From the human T2T-CHM13v2.0 reference genome, Homo sapiens: DNA of 64,000 nucleotides. Under the pieces are notes generated by a model. That model worked only from the letters and a program-made list of their open reading frames with translations. It made no database searches and was not told the DNA's origin. The translations under genes were made by a program, and so were the position numbers. The stretch lies in NCBI RefSeq assembly GCF_009914755.1, contig NC_060940.1. One strand, given 5' to 3'. Below, one piece after another: positions 51,101 to 64,000 of the stretch; the stretch's first letter is position 1, and each line of letters opens with the position of its first letter.

Positions 51101-52813
51101 GACACCCACAAAGGCATGGCCACAGGTGGGCCTCACTGCTACCGTAGGCATACACACAGCTGTTCAGACTCCAAGTGCAATTCAGCTGCATCACCATGAG
51201 CCACAGATCTGAAGACCCCATTCCCAACCATGACCTTCAGGAAGATTCACACTTTTATAAGACAGCTTCCCAGGCAGCTCTGGTCACCTGCCAGATGTGG
51301 GAATCACCAACACACCAAACTCTCAAGCCACACAGTGTGTGCACATTCCCTGATATACACAGCTCAGTCTATGCCCATAAATCCCTGTCATGTGTAGAGA
51401 GAAGAAAAAGTGGTGGGATACATAAAGTCCAAGCAAAAGAGGTATTTACTGTAGCAGTCACCAGTTTAAGAATTGTTTACATGTAACCTCTAAGTTCCAG
51501 AATAAAACCGAGGTCAACGTTTTTAGAAATTTAAGGAAGTAGAATAAATCTTTAATCAAGCAGATCAAAGTTATTACGAATCCCCTGAAAATGTCACTTA
51601 TTTTCCTACAAGGAAATGACAAAATAATGTTAACGACCTATAATAACATACACGACATAATATAAAAGTACAATTTGTTTCTCCAATTAAGGAAACTATT
51701 TAGTCTGTAAACTCAACCTCTAACAGAATTAACAAGGCCTCACATTATTTACTAAGTGGTGATTTACCTCTATGTGAGTGATTTAGAAATCCTCCAAATA
51801 TCAATATGATTCTACCAGCTTCTTAGGATGGAGGCCATTTGGAGTGTCTTATCGAAATCTTTTTTTTTTTTTTGTATTTCAAAATAGTACCTTAGCTTCT
51901 CTTGAGGCGCTTTTTTTTTCTTTCAATTGAGATGGAGTCTCACTCTGTTGCCCAGGCTGGAGTGCAATGGCAAGATCTCTGCTCACTGCAACCTCTGCCC
52001 CCTCGGGTTCACGTGATTCTCCTACCTCTGCCTCCTGAGTAGCTGGGACTACAGGCGTGCACCATAGCCCGCCGAATTTTTTTGTATTTTTAGTGACGGG
52101 GTTTTGCCATGTTGGTCAGGCTGGTCTCTAACTCCCGACCTCAGGTGATCTGCCTGCTTCGGCCTCCCAAAATGCTGGGATTACAGGCATGAGCCACCGC
52201 ACCCGGCCTGAGACACTTTTAAGTATGGGAGGTTGCTACAATTATTCAGTCCAACTCTTAGAGACTGACTTTTCTCATTCATTCGTTTCGAAGTTTTGTC
52301 TTGTTCTAAAGTATCTTTATTACAGTTTTGGCATATATGAAGCATAAAAACTGCTGATTTTAAGGAGAAACTGACCAAACCAATACCTCTACCATAAAGT
52401 GAAATACAAGGAAAAAAATTAGTAGGCCATAATTCTGAACTAAATTAACACACTTGGTATAACAAATGATCATGTACTAAAGTTACAAAGCAACCATCAA
52501 CAAATTCCAAATAATTAACATTATATAGGTCACGTTCTCTGAACATAGTGCAATCAAATTTTTAAAAAATTCACCTGGATTCTGGATCACACATTCACAA
52601 ACACACAGCTATAAAGAACATTACTGAAACAATAATTATAGAGAAACTTTTGAGTATGAACTTATCTTAGATGGCATTATTGTATAAATATTAAATTTCT
52701 TTGGTATACTAAAAGTATTGTGGTTTGCATAGGAAAACAGCCTAGTTTCAGTGCTAGCGTATTTACAAGTGACGTATCATAATGATGTCTGCAACTTAAT
52801 TTAAAATGACTCA

Positions 52814-52978
<165 letters not shown>

Positions 52979-54704
52979 TTAGCTGGGTGTGGTGGTGCAC
53001 GCCTGTAGTCCCAGCTACTCAGGAGCCTGAGGCAGGAGAATCGCTTGAACCCAGGAGGCGGAGGTTACAGTGAGCCAAGATCAGGTCACTGCACTCCAGC
53101 CTGGGTGAGAGATAGAGGCTCTGTCTCAAAAAAAAAAAAGAAAGAAAAGAGAGGGTGAGGGGACAGGGAGAAAAATAACTGCAAATGTGGCAAAACAGTA
53201 ACAACTGGTAAATCTAGGTGAAGAATATATACTGATTGTGCTACTCCTTCCAATTTTCCAAGTAAAAAGTCTTCGGAGAAAAATGCAAATTCACAATGTT
53301 GCAGTTTGCACTTCTAGTTTGAAAACTATCCAGAAGTGAGTTCCATAACCATGGGATACACGTAAAATGACGCTTAGGGTTGTACAAACTTAAGCACATG
53401 TATTGTCAAGAAAAACAAAATCAAGGCCAGGCGTGGTGGCCCACACCTGTAATCCCAGCACTTTGGGAGGCCAAGGCGGGTGGGTCATGAGTTCAGCAGT
53501 TCAAGACTAGCCTGACCAACATGGTGAAACCCCGTCTGTACTAAAAAATACAAAAATTAGCCAGGCATGGTGGCACACGCCTGTAATCCCAGCTACTCAG
53601 GAGGCTGAGGCAGGAGAATCACTTGAACCCAGGAGGCGGAGGTTGCATTGAGCCAAGACTGTGCCACTGCACTCCAGCCTGGGCAACAGAGCGAGACTCC
53701 TTCTCAAAAAAAAAAAAAAAAAGAAAAAGAGAAACAGAATCCAATGAGTTTAATTCAACTCAAGAAATGAAGAAGAAAACCACTGAAAGCCCAACAAAGT
53801 TGAAGGAAGAAAGAAGAAAAATAAGATAGGAGCAGAAAGAGAAAAACAAACAAAAACAATAACTGAGCAATAAAACCAAAAAGCTGGTTCTTTTAAAAGA
53901 TTAACGACAGATCTCTAGCACGACTGATTTAAAAAGGAGTAAAGGCACAAATACTACTTAAAAATGTGAAGGAAAGGATAACTACAGATACTCCAGAGTT
54001 TTTTTTTTTTTTTGTGACCAGTCAACAATATAGTTTTTAAGTCCTAAGAGAATTCTTTGTCAATCAAATTGAAAGTGAATAAAATATATATTATCCAAAT
54101 AGACTCAAGAAGAGACAGAAAACCTGGATAAACTTTAAGTTATGTTTTAAAAAGGAAAGTATAGTTCAAAGTCTTCCTCCCATCCTTGAAAGACATCTAT
54201 CCATATAATACCTATCTTACATAAACTTTCAGAGAATAGGAAGAGGAAAAGCTACCCAATCTATCTTATATAGTATAACCTTGATAGCAAACTTAGAGAA
54301 GGACCCTATGACAAAATAAAATTATAGATCAAAATTTATAATCCATTGCACAAATATAAAATACTGAAAAGAATGGGCTGCGGGCTGCATCACTGTTAAT
54401 TCACCCTGGTATTAACGAGGAATGAACACTCTCTGGGTGATAATCTTAAAACCAGTTATTAATATACTTTACACTAAAATTAAAAAGACAAAAAAACAAA
54501 CTTTCCTAATAAGATGGACACAGGACAAAATAAAAAGACTAAAGGACATCACGACGGTGAACTAAATGATTTTGTTTGTGGCCTGCCATACTATCTGGAA
54601 AAGAATTTAATTTTCCTGCCATGATTTGCTCTTCAAAAATACACATCTGCCATCTGATATTTAATGATCTCTTGATTAAAATGTCATGGCTTGAACATTC
54701 AAAG

Positions 54705-55760
54705 GGGACCTCCAGTTAAACAAGGCAGATCAAACACCTCTGCTCTACCTGAAACTCCTCTAAAATAACCGTAAAAGGAGCAGGGAGATTAAATCGTAAG
54801 AACTAAGAAGATAGGAGAAACAACATTGTGAAGCTAGAAAACATGTCTCTGCCAACAGCGAAAGGCCAAAAGCAAACAGCTTCAAACTGAACAACCTCAG
54901 AAATGTTCAGGACGGGGGACCTCCAATGTTGGTTTAAGAGAGGAAACAGAGTGCACCGGAAACGGGAAAATGAGTTTAAGATGCCACACTGAAAAGGGGA
55001 GACTTAGGTGAAGTCTGCACAACATTCCCCATGGTTCTCCTCAACTTGAGGCTAAGATACCAGCAGCCAAGCCTGCATCCTTGAGACAGGGGCTGATGGT
55101 TCTTTAGAGCAATGAGCAGACATTCAAAAACCATGATATTTCAGAGACTGAATAACAAAATAACAAAAACTCACACACAAAGAAAAATAGAGAAAAAGTA
55201 TGAAGGGAAAAAATACAATATTCTTAGTGAGAAAATAGAAGGTATTACATAAAACATAAAAGAACAGGATACTATTTTAAAAAGTTCCAAGACCAAAATG
55301 GAGCTGTAAGATGTGAAGTCTAACATTTGAATGAGTTCTGGAAAGTGAGAACAAAGAAGAAAGGGGAGAAAAATCAAAGAACATTAAAAATATTTTTCCA
55401 AAACACAGGGGAAAAAGCCCAGCAAGTATGCAGAACAAAAGATAAAAGGGACCCATATGAAGGCACGTCATTGTGAAATTTCAGAAGAGTGCAAATGAGA
55501 AAATCCTAAAAGCTTCCAGAGGTAAAAAACAAAAACAAAACCGTCACATAAGATGAAACTAGAATGGCTTCAGTGGTAATACTGGAACAATCTCTTCAAA
55601 ATCAAGGAAATTATGAATTATAACCTAGAACTCTATACCCTAGCAAATACATTAATTGGCAGGACAAAATAAAAATGACTTCAGATATGCAAGCTTCAAA
55701 AAAACATTAATTTCCCATAATCCCTTTAAAGAAAGCTACAAGAGAATGTATGAAACATCC
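54705..55760 (+). mobile_element. HAL1/old L1 ORF1-type fragment in CSNK2A2 intron 4
   Basis: 5' block gacctccagttaaacaaggcagat...ctaaaataaccgtaaaagga and ORF1-like tgtgaaatttcaga...aaaatcctaaaagcttccagag...acctagaactctataccc. Confidence 0.6.
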
Positions 55761-55968
55761 CCTTTGAGGGTTAAGACCCCAGAGAGAATTTCTCTAAGAA
55801 TTAGAATTCCCACTAACTGATCTTCAGCAGTTGTTAAATCAACAGAGCAGATGTCACTTTAAGAAACAGAAAATGGGCTAGGTGCGGTGGCTCACGCTTG
55901 TAATCCCAGCACTTTGGGAGGCCAAGGCAGGTGGATCACGAGGTAAGCCATCGAGACCATCCTGGTTA

Positions 55969-56229
<261 letters not shown>

Positions 56230-56692
56230 TTACACATGTAGCAGACAATTGGTAAAAACTCATTAACGAAGCCCAGGCATTTAAAACTTGGGGAATTACA
56301 CTACGAACTTCCATTCAGATAAGGTTTCAACTTTTGCATTAGGAAAATATTTGGTTTCATTAAAGCCTATCTGGTTTTCTAAGACATGCACACACATTCC
56401 CACTCACATATACCAGGATAAACCTGGGTGATTCATAGGATCAGCTACACATATCAGCATAGTACCCTACCAGCTAAGCGCTGTTATGCTACTGAATGAA
56501 AAAATTTACACCCTGCTTTTTAGAGTTCACTGCTAATTTCACCTGTAAGGAGTCACATTAACAAGAAAATCTGTCACATGTGGGAAAGTGCTATACTACA
56601 CATAAAACTTCCTTATTGTTTTATAAGTCAAAATATCTTCTTTTGCTTACTTTTCACTAATTAACCTTGTTTTAGTCATTTTAGAGTGATTA

Positions 56693-57003
<311 letters not shown>

Positions 57004-57887
57004 TCAAAAAAAAAAAAAAAGTGTGAGAATAAGGTTCTCTTACTTTTACCCAGAACCATCCGTCCTGATACCAACATCTTTTAACTGCTGATTTAGTTTT
57101 GTCTCTAGCTCCTGTCACAACAAAATCACAAGTCTCTTATTCACTGACAGAGTTACAATCAACTACAAGTCCTCCAAGTGCCCCTGAAAATCAACACTAC
57201 TATTTTGTTTGTATATTGGTTTTTAAATTACGTTCTAAAAAAGGGTTTCCACCATGTCTAGTATGCCTAACCCCAAAAACCTTGATATTAAGGTTTTAAT
57301 GTTTGAACAATAAATTTTGTGAAACACGAGCTTAAAACCATGATTTAAAAAGAACACTTCAATGTCTAAAATAATTTACATTATAAGAAAATGTAAAAAA
57401 CCCGATAGGGCTCTTCTAAAGCACTGACTCTGGTTTTTCTGAATCATTTCTTTGTACGTCACGTGCGCAAACACACACTTTGTTATTTGACAGCACTGAA
57501 TCCAATGCATTGCTTCTTTTCACAAGGGCCTTGTATCGGTCTATCCCTTCCTCTCGGCAAAGTAAGATTTCGTACAAAAGGCAAAGTTAACATACAACTA
57601 AAGCTATGCTGTCTAAAACAGGAGTGTTACAGATGAGGCATTAGCTTAGACCCAGCCGAGCAGCTACTCCTGGAGTAGGCAAGGCAAAGGGTGATTAAGC
57701 AATTTCACCTAATGCAAGAACCCTAGCCACTTTCTGCATCCTGCACTCATGCCTTAAGGAACCCAATTTGTTATTTCCTCCTCTCACCAATGACAGCCCT
57801 GGCCCCTTGGGTTCTGGAGTACACAGTATTTATCACCAGCTCCCCCTCACCCCGTTAACCCCATGCCAGAAAGAAAAGCATACGCAC

Positions 57888-57938
57888 CTTAAAATCTGTA
57901 TTATTGATATATTCAAATACCAAAGCTGGTGTCTTTGA
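57888..57938 (-). CDS. CSNK2A2: CSNK2A2 exon 4 (res 107-123, hinge)
   Basis: ttacag|TCA...AAG|gtgcgt; 51 nt = SKTPALVFEYINNTDFK. Confidence 0.97.
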
Positions 57939-59399
57939 CTGTAAAAGAGAATATTAATGCTTTTTAAGTACCCAAACAATAATCAATGTAATCTGCTTCT
58001 GCCAAAATGGCCCATCCCCAAATCCTACTTAGGTAACACAGGGATTCACTCATCAGGGACAGCCTGTCAAGAAAAGTATTCTCTTGAAATTTTATGATGT
58101 CTGGAATTTGCTTCAAAATAACTGGGGATAGTGGGAGGTGGGAAGTGGTGGGAGTATAGATGAAACAAGGTTGGCCACAGCTGATTAACTGCTAAAGTTG
58201 GGTCATGTGTGAGGGAAGTTCATTACATTTTTCATTTACTTTTGAAAATGGTTGAAAATTTCATAATAAAAAGTTTTAAGAGGAATGTATTCTCCGAATA
58301 ACCTACCAATGGCCTTAACCAATCTTCAAAGGTTATGTGAGGATTTACACCCTGCAGTGTTCCAGTCTGCCATATACAAAAAAAGTGACACATTTTCATC
58401 TTAGTTTAGCAAGCCAGAATTGCACTTGACAGAATTATCATAGGTTGTGGGAATGTATCATAGGTCTTTTGGGGGTCCAAAAGGAAAATATAACCATCCG
58501 TGATATTATCAATAAGCTATACTATAATATTATTGCCTTGGCTAGAGACCATTAAAGATTGTCTCATCTTATCAAGCAGACCTGTTCCTAAAAACTCATA
58601 TATAATCAAATATTTTTAAAGCACTATAATCTTTAATCCAATGAGTACAAAAGTGCTCAATATCATCTTGTGTAAATCTAGATTTTCAAATAACAGGATT
58701 CCTTAATTGAAGTAAAATAACGCTAATTGGCAGTAATAAGCTTTCAAAATTGGGAGAAAGTAGGGACTTAAGGGGTTATAGAAAAAAAAAAACATCTAGA
58801 AATCTTTGCTCAAGAACCATGTGAAAGTTACCTAGGAAACAGGCCACAGGGCAGCATGCAGATCTCTGCGAGGACAACTCAGAGTCCAAACAGCAGCCCC
58901 AGTAGCAGCCATGATTAAAAATTCTTCACCAGCCCGAAGCTGTAAGGGTTTCATCAGTATTACCACTTCTCTCAACGGGAGAATAGTGGAGTAAGCCTGA
59001 CCTTCTAATAGACAAGGGGTCCCTGTTGATTTTTGTCATCTTCAACTTACTTGTCTTACATATCATGTAAAACATACACATACTTTAACAAATTAAGTTC
59101 TGCTAACTTAAAAAAAGAAAAAGCAAAACAAAAATGCTCCTGGTATACCACATACTGACTCACATTTTAAAAATTATTCTGAAATTCATATTTTTACACG
59201 GTGCTCATTTTTCCATGGGTACTCATTTCTAATGCAGCCCATTTTCAAACATGAGGCAGTCCAGAACTAGTCATTATAAAATCAATTTGTGCTAAAAGGA
59301 CAGGATATCTTAAAGGCCAATTAGTTACAATCTGGCATACAACCATCCCTTCCCTTCTCAGTCTTCTCAGGGTCCAGAAGGAAAAACTTTCCTTATGCT

Positions 59400-59600
59400 T
59401 CAACAATACTGTGTAATCTTGAGTGAATTTTTTAACCTCTGCAAACTACGGTTTTCTCATCTGTACAATGTAAACAATAAATGGTACCCACCCCAATGGA
59501 CTGTTGTGAAGACTGAGTGACATGGCACAGTTGGGCACTTGGAATGTGCCCAGCACATAGTAAGCACTCAGTGCATGTTAGCTACTATATTATTATGAGG
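59400..59600 (+). mobile_element. MIR fragment (another at ~61290-61500)
   Basis: aacctctgcaaactacggttttctcatctgtacaatg...gttgtgaagactgagtga...cacatagtaagcactca, the MIR core and tail. Confidence 0.75.
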
Positions 59601-60262
59601 ATGTCTTTAGCAGCCAGAAGCAAAAACCTATTTCTTTAATAAACAAAACTATCATGGGAGGATAACAGGGAAATATCTGAGGTACAGCAGGTGGAGAACA
59701 GCAATGGGACAAGAAGGGGTACAAAAGTGGGGAGGTGAGGTGTCTCCAACCTTAGCTAATCAAAAACACCTAAGGTTAAGTTACTCCCTAGGGAGAGAAA
59801 ACAAAATTAAACAGCACATTTAAAATGGCTACAAACTGAGCACTGACAAAAATATTTTAGTCTATCTACACATGTGACATGAGCCCTAATGGCATATGCT
59901 GATTTAAGGGAAAGAAGAAGACTTCTTCACAGGGTCAGTGGAGCTGGGACCTGCTCAGGCCTTTATGCCAGGTGTCCACGTGGAGATATTCATTCTTTCC
60001 TTGTGTAAACCCAGATTTTCAAATGTCATGCTTACTTAAGTGAGGTAGAGTAACACAAATTGGCAGTAATGAACTTTCAAAACTGGAAAGAGGCTGGGGC
60101 TTAAAGGAGACATTCAGCAAACATTTGTGGGCTGAATCAAAATAGTGAAGTACAAACCCAGAAAAGGGATTTTTCTCTGTACACTTTTAGGTTCCATCAC
60201 AGTGGTGGTAGCTGTTTTATCACTGGGTCACCATGATTTTTTTCTGGTTTTCAAACCAGTCA

Positions 60263-60553
<291 letters not shown>

Positions 60554-62575
60554 TTAGCCAATCAGATGGATAGTACGCTATCTTGTACACTCTGTTGTGT
60601 TCAAGAGTGTGCCTAAATTTGAAAAAACTGAAATAGAATGGGCTTGCCCATAAGAACCTTTAACATTAAGTTAAATAATTTACAGACTCATACAGCTTAT
60701 GTGTCAAGATCTTCTAAGTAGTTACATTGAGGGCACTTAAAAATTTTGAATACCCATATCACACTTTAAAAATAAAACTTGGGCTTACTAGATAACTGCC
60801 AAGTGGAAAATATAGCTCTGAACAGCTGTATATCATGCACTCACAAATGGAAAAACTGAAACAAAATGGTGAGACACCTGCTCTTCCAATGAGTTACATG
60901 TAATTTTGTCTTTCAGGAGTGAAAGACCAGTTCACTGACATCAGGTTACAAACTTGCTTCCCAGCTGCTGGCTCTCATTTCCTGTCACCACTCCCATTTC
61001 CTTAATATCTAGAATCTGAAATCAGCACAGAGCCAGTTAATGTTTTCCAACAGATCCCATTCCTGAAGAAAGAAATGTTGAATCAGGAAAGGAGAAATCA
61101 ATCTGATACAACAGTGACTGAACACTTCTATCTAACTTTTCAGTCTGCTGGAAAGATTAAAGGCTTTAAAAATAATTACTCTCATTATACATATTACTCC
61201 TTGTCTTAAATGAGTTAAAGAGTTTGAAGAAGAATAGAAACAGTTCTGAAAAAGTAAGTCTATCATAATCAAGTATGCTTTATAAGGCACTCAGAATGGT
61301 GACCAGAACACAGTAAGCACCTAATAAATGATAGTGTTATTTTCATATTTTTAGTAATTTATTATTTAATAAGTCATTGTGATTCCTCACAAAGTCCTTA
61401 TGTAGCAGAGTTGAGCTATCTGCCCAAGATCACAGAGCCCATGGCAGAGAGGGGCAGGAATCAAAGCTGGAAGCTGGGCAGTCTGACTGCATGCTATACT
61501 CTTGCCACAGTGCTTTTGTTTCCCAAGTGTGGCTAACGGGAGAAACGTAACTAAGGAAAAAAGAGTATTTTATCACTGAGACACTGTTATAATAGCAGAG
61601 GCAAAGAGAGGCCAATGGATTTGCCAATAAATAATAAAGCAAGACTTTTTTTGCCTGTGTGTGGGGTGGGGAAGGGGAGGGGAGGGGGAAAATATAACAT
61701 ACACACATGCCAGAGAAACCTTCATCTTTTGTTGGTCACTAAGATACAGCTTTGAACACATAACAAAACAGAGAAGGAGAGGACTATGAAACAAGAGCAC
61801 TTGCATCACCTATAACAGGGGGCTCAACTGACAGGCTGGGCTCTCGCTGCGTCCTTGTGAGCCAGCTGCCATGATGACACCCGCTCTCCGCCCGCTGTGC
61901 CAGGGTTCCCAGGAGAGCAGATGTGGCTGCTGTGCATGTTCCCCGACTCCACTTAGAAACCTTACTCCTTAGTCCCTTTTTCATTAACGAGGGAGCTCGA
62001 AACTTTGGGGGAAAAAAGCACTGTACAATCTGATTAAAAAATAGCCAGGGAAGGACACACTACAAAATAACCGGCCTGTAAGATCAAACACGTCAATGTC
62101 ATTCATGAAACAAACTGATCCAGACTTTTAAAATGTGACAACTGAATGTAACACATGACTACAGCTGAATATCATCATGTAATCTGGGATTTTCCTTTGC
62201 TATAAAGAACATTATAAGGATAGCTGGCAAATGTGAATGAGAGCTGTAGATTAGGTAACAGCAATGCATCAATGGTTACCTTCTAATTTTTTAATATGGC
62301 ATTGTAGGGTTATGTAAGAAACTATTTTTAGGAAATGCATACCAAAGTATTTAGGGATGACTACGATTTACTCTCAAGCACGTCAGGAAGAAATACATAA
62401 CATAAATGTCATTATATAGGTGTGTGTATATGTACACAAATGTGTGTGTATATGAGAGAGAAAGAGAAGGATAAAACAAATGTTAACATTTGAGGAGTCT
62501 GGGTGAAACAGATATGGGAATTCCTGCAACTTTTTTTAAGTCCAAAATTATGTTAAGAAGTTAAAAGAAAAATAA

Positions 62576-62764
<189 letters not shown>

Positions 62765-64000
62765 TAGTAGAGACGGGGTCTCACCATGTTGGCCAGGGTG
62801 ATCTCGTCCTGACCTCAGGTGATCCGCCTGCCTCAGCCTCCCAAAGTGCTGGGATTACAGGCATGAGCAACTGCGCCCGGCCAAAGCTGGCTATCTTATA
62901 CTTATAAATTCAGCCAATGCTACCAGTTTAGTCAATGCCTTTCGATATAAGAAAATTCTAGATTTGTCATCCAATACTGGAAAGCAGCTATAGATCTATA
63001 AGAGTGGTAACAGAGAGGAAAAAAACCCACAGCCAGAGGCCTATATCCACCAAAAACCCTCTTCTAATTCTAACAGTACTCCTAACTCCTTACAGGCACA
63101 ACCCATTAGTTGCCTTTATGACGCTGCCCCATGTAAAGTCTTGCATTGGTCTCCGGTTATTCAGCAACAGGTCAGGCCTGGACAACCCAGTTAAGATGAA
63201 CCTCCCTCTCAATACATCTAAAGGTATCTGGCATAGCAACTGAAGCATATTTTGCTGCCCACCAGGTGTCTAACTTAAACTTCCCAAACTAGAGACTGGG
63301 AATAGCAGGGCAACTCTGAAGGTGGCACAAAGGAGTCCCAAGTCACAAAGGCAGCTAGAGTCCTCACATGCAAACAAAATACCAAGAAATGATAAAAAAG
63401 GAAGGTGACAGACCCACAGTCCAGGACACTTCCCTCCAAACCATCAAAAACTAAGCTACAGGTAGATCCCTTCAGCCTCAGTTTATTCCTCTGAACTGGA
63501 GAGATGCTCGAGAAACTAAACCAATGAGCTCTGAGGAGCTGAAAGTGATCCTTTTAATGTGAATCAGAGATAAAAAGTTAGGATTTATGAGGGAGGATTG
63601 TTGGTATCCTAAGGAAAATAAACCTAGTTTTACAGAAATAAGGATGCCTTGACTCTCCTGTCCAGAGCCTGTAGCCATTCACCACCAGTTACACAAAATG
63701 GAGAAAATACATATATTTCCACAACGATCTCACAGTTTCACTCTGCATGCTAGAAGAAGTCTCCGTCTGGGGTTCATTTATTCCAATTCAGAGACTATCT
63801 GTTTAAAAGATTCAAACTCAATCAGTTTAGCTATTGTCCAAACCAATAAAAAAATTTTTTTTTAACTTGAAATCTAGTAGACAAAGTGGTGAAAAAAAGA
63901 ACAACTGAACTGACAAATTCAAGACAGGCAGGAACATATCTACAGCTCCTAGCTCTCAAATTTGGGGTTACTTTTACTCTACTACCAAACTAACAAGTGC

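Noticed and set aside
58667-60104. 105-bp repeat as a pair of intronic snoRNAs or a CRISPR-like array
   Set aside because: I could not find shared C/D boxes or a convincing H box with a two-hairpin fold. There are only two copies and no repeat-spacer periodicity. Kept only as an unexplained duplication.

Overview
Primate genomic DNA, almost certainly human chr16q21 (recognised from the protein sequences; I could not run an alignment). Two minus-strand genes lie in tandem. At left are the CpG-island promoter, coding exon 1 and start of intron 1 of CFAP20 (C16orf80/BUG22). At right are exons 3-12 of CSNK2A2 (CK2 alpha-prime): nine coding exons splice into one 837-nt frame covering residues 73-350 plus stop, followed by a non-coding last exon. 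The ~28 kb between the genes is mostly mobile-element debris: more than 30 Alu/FAM/FLAM copies, old L1, L2, MIR, MaLR LTRs, MER DNA elements and a decayed HSMAR2 mariner. Nearly all ORFs in the supplied track are artefacts. I see no new protein-coding system, CRISPR array or prokaryotic-type system. The best candidates for under-described biology are regulatory: (i) a multi-way 3'UTR switch in the Alu-free last intron of CSNK2A2, (ii) a candidate poison exon and an unexplained 105-bp ancient direct repeat in intron 3, (iii) a tailless 5S rRNA retro-fragment in intron 7, and (iv) a CpG-retaining terminal exon. Exon numbering and repeat family names come from memory. Repeat boundaries are approximate; exon boundaries were checked base by base.
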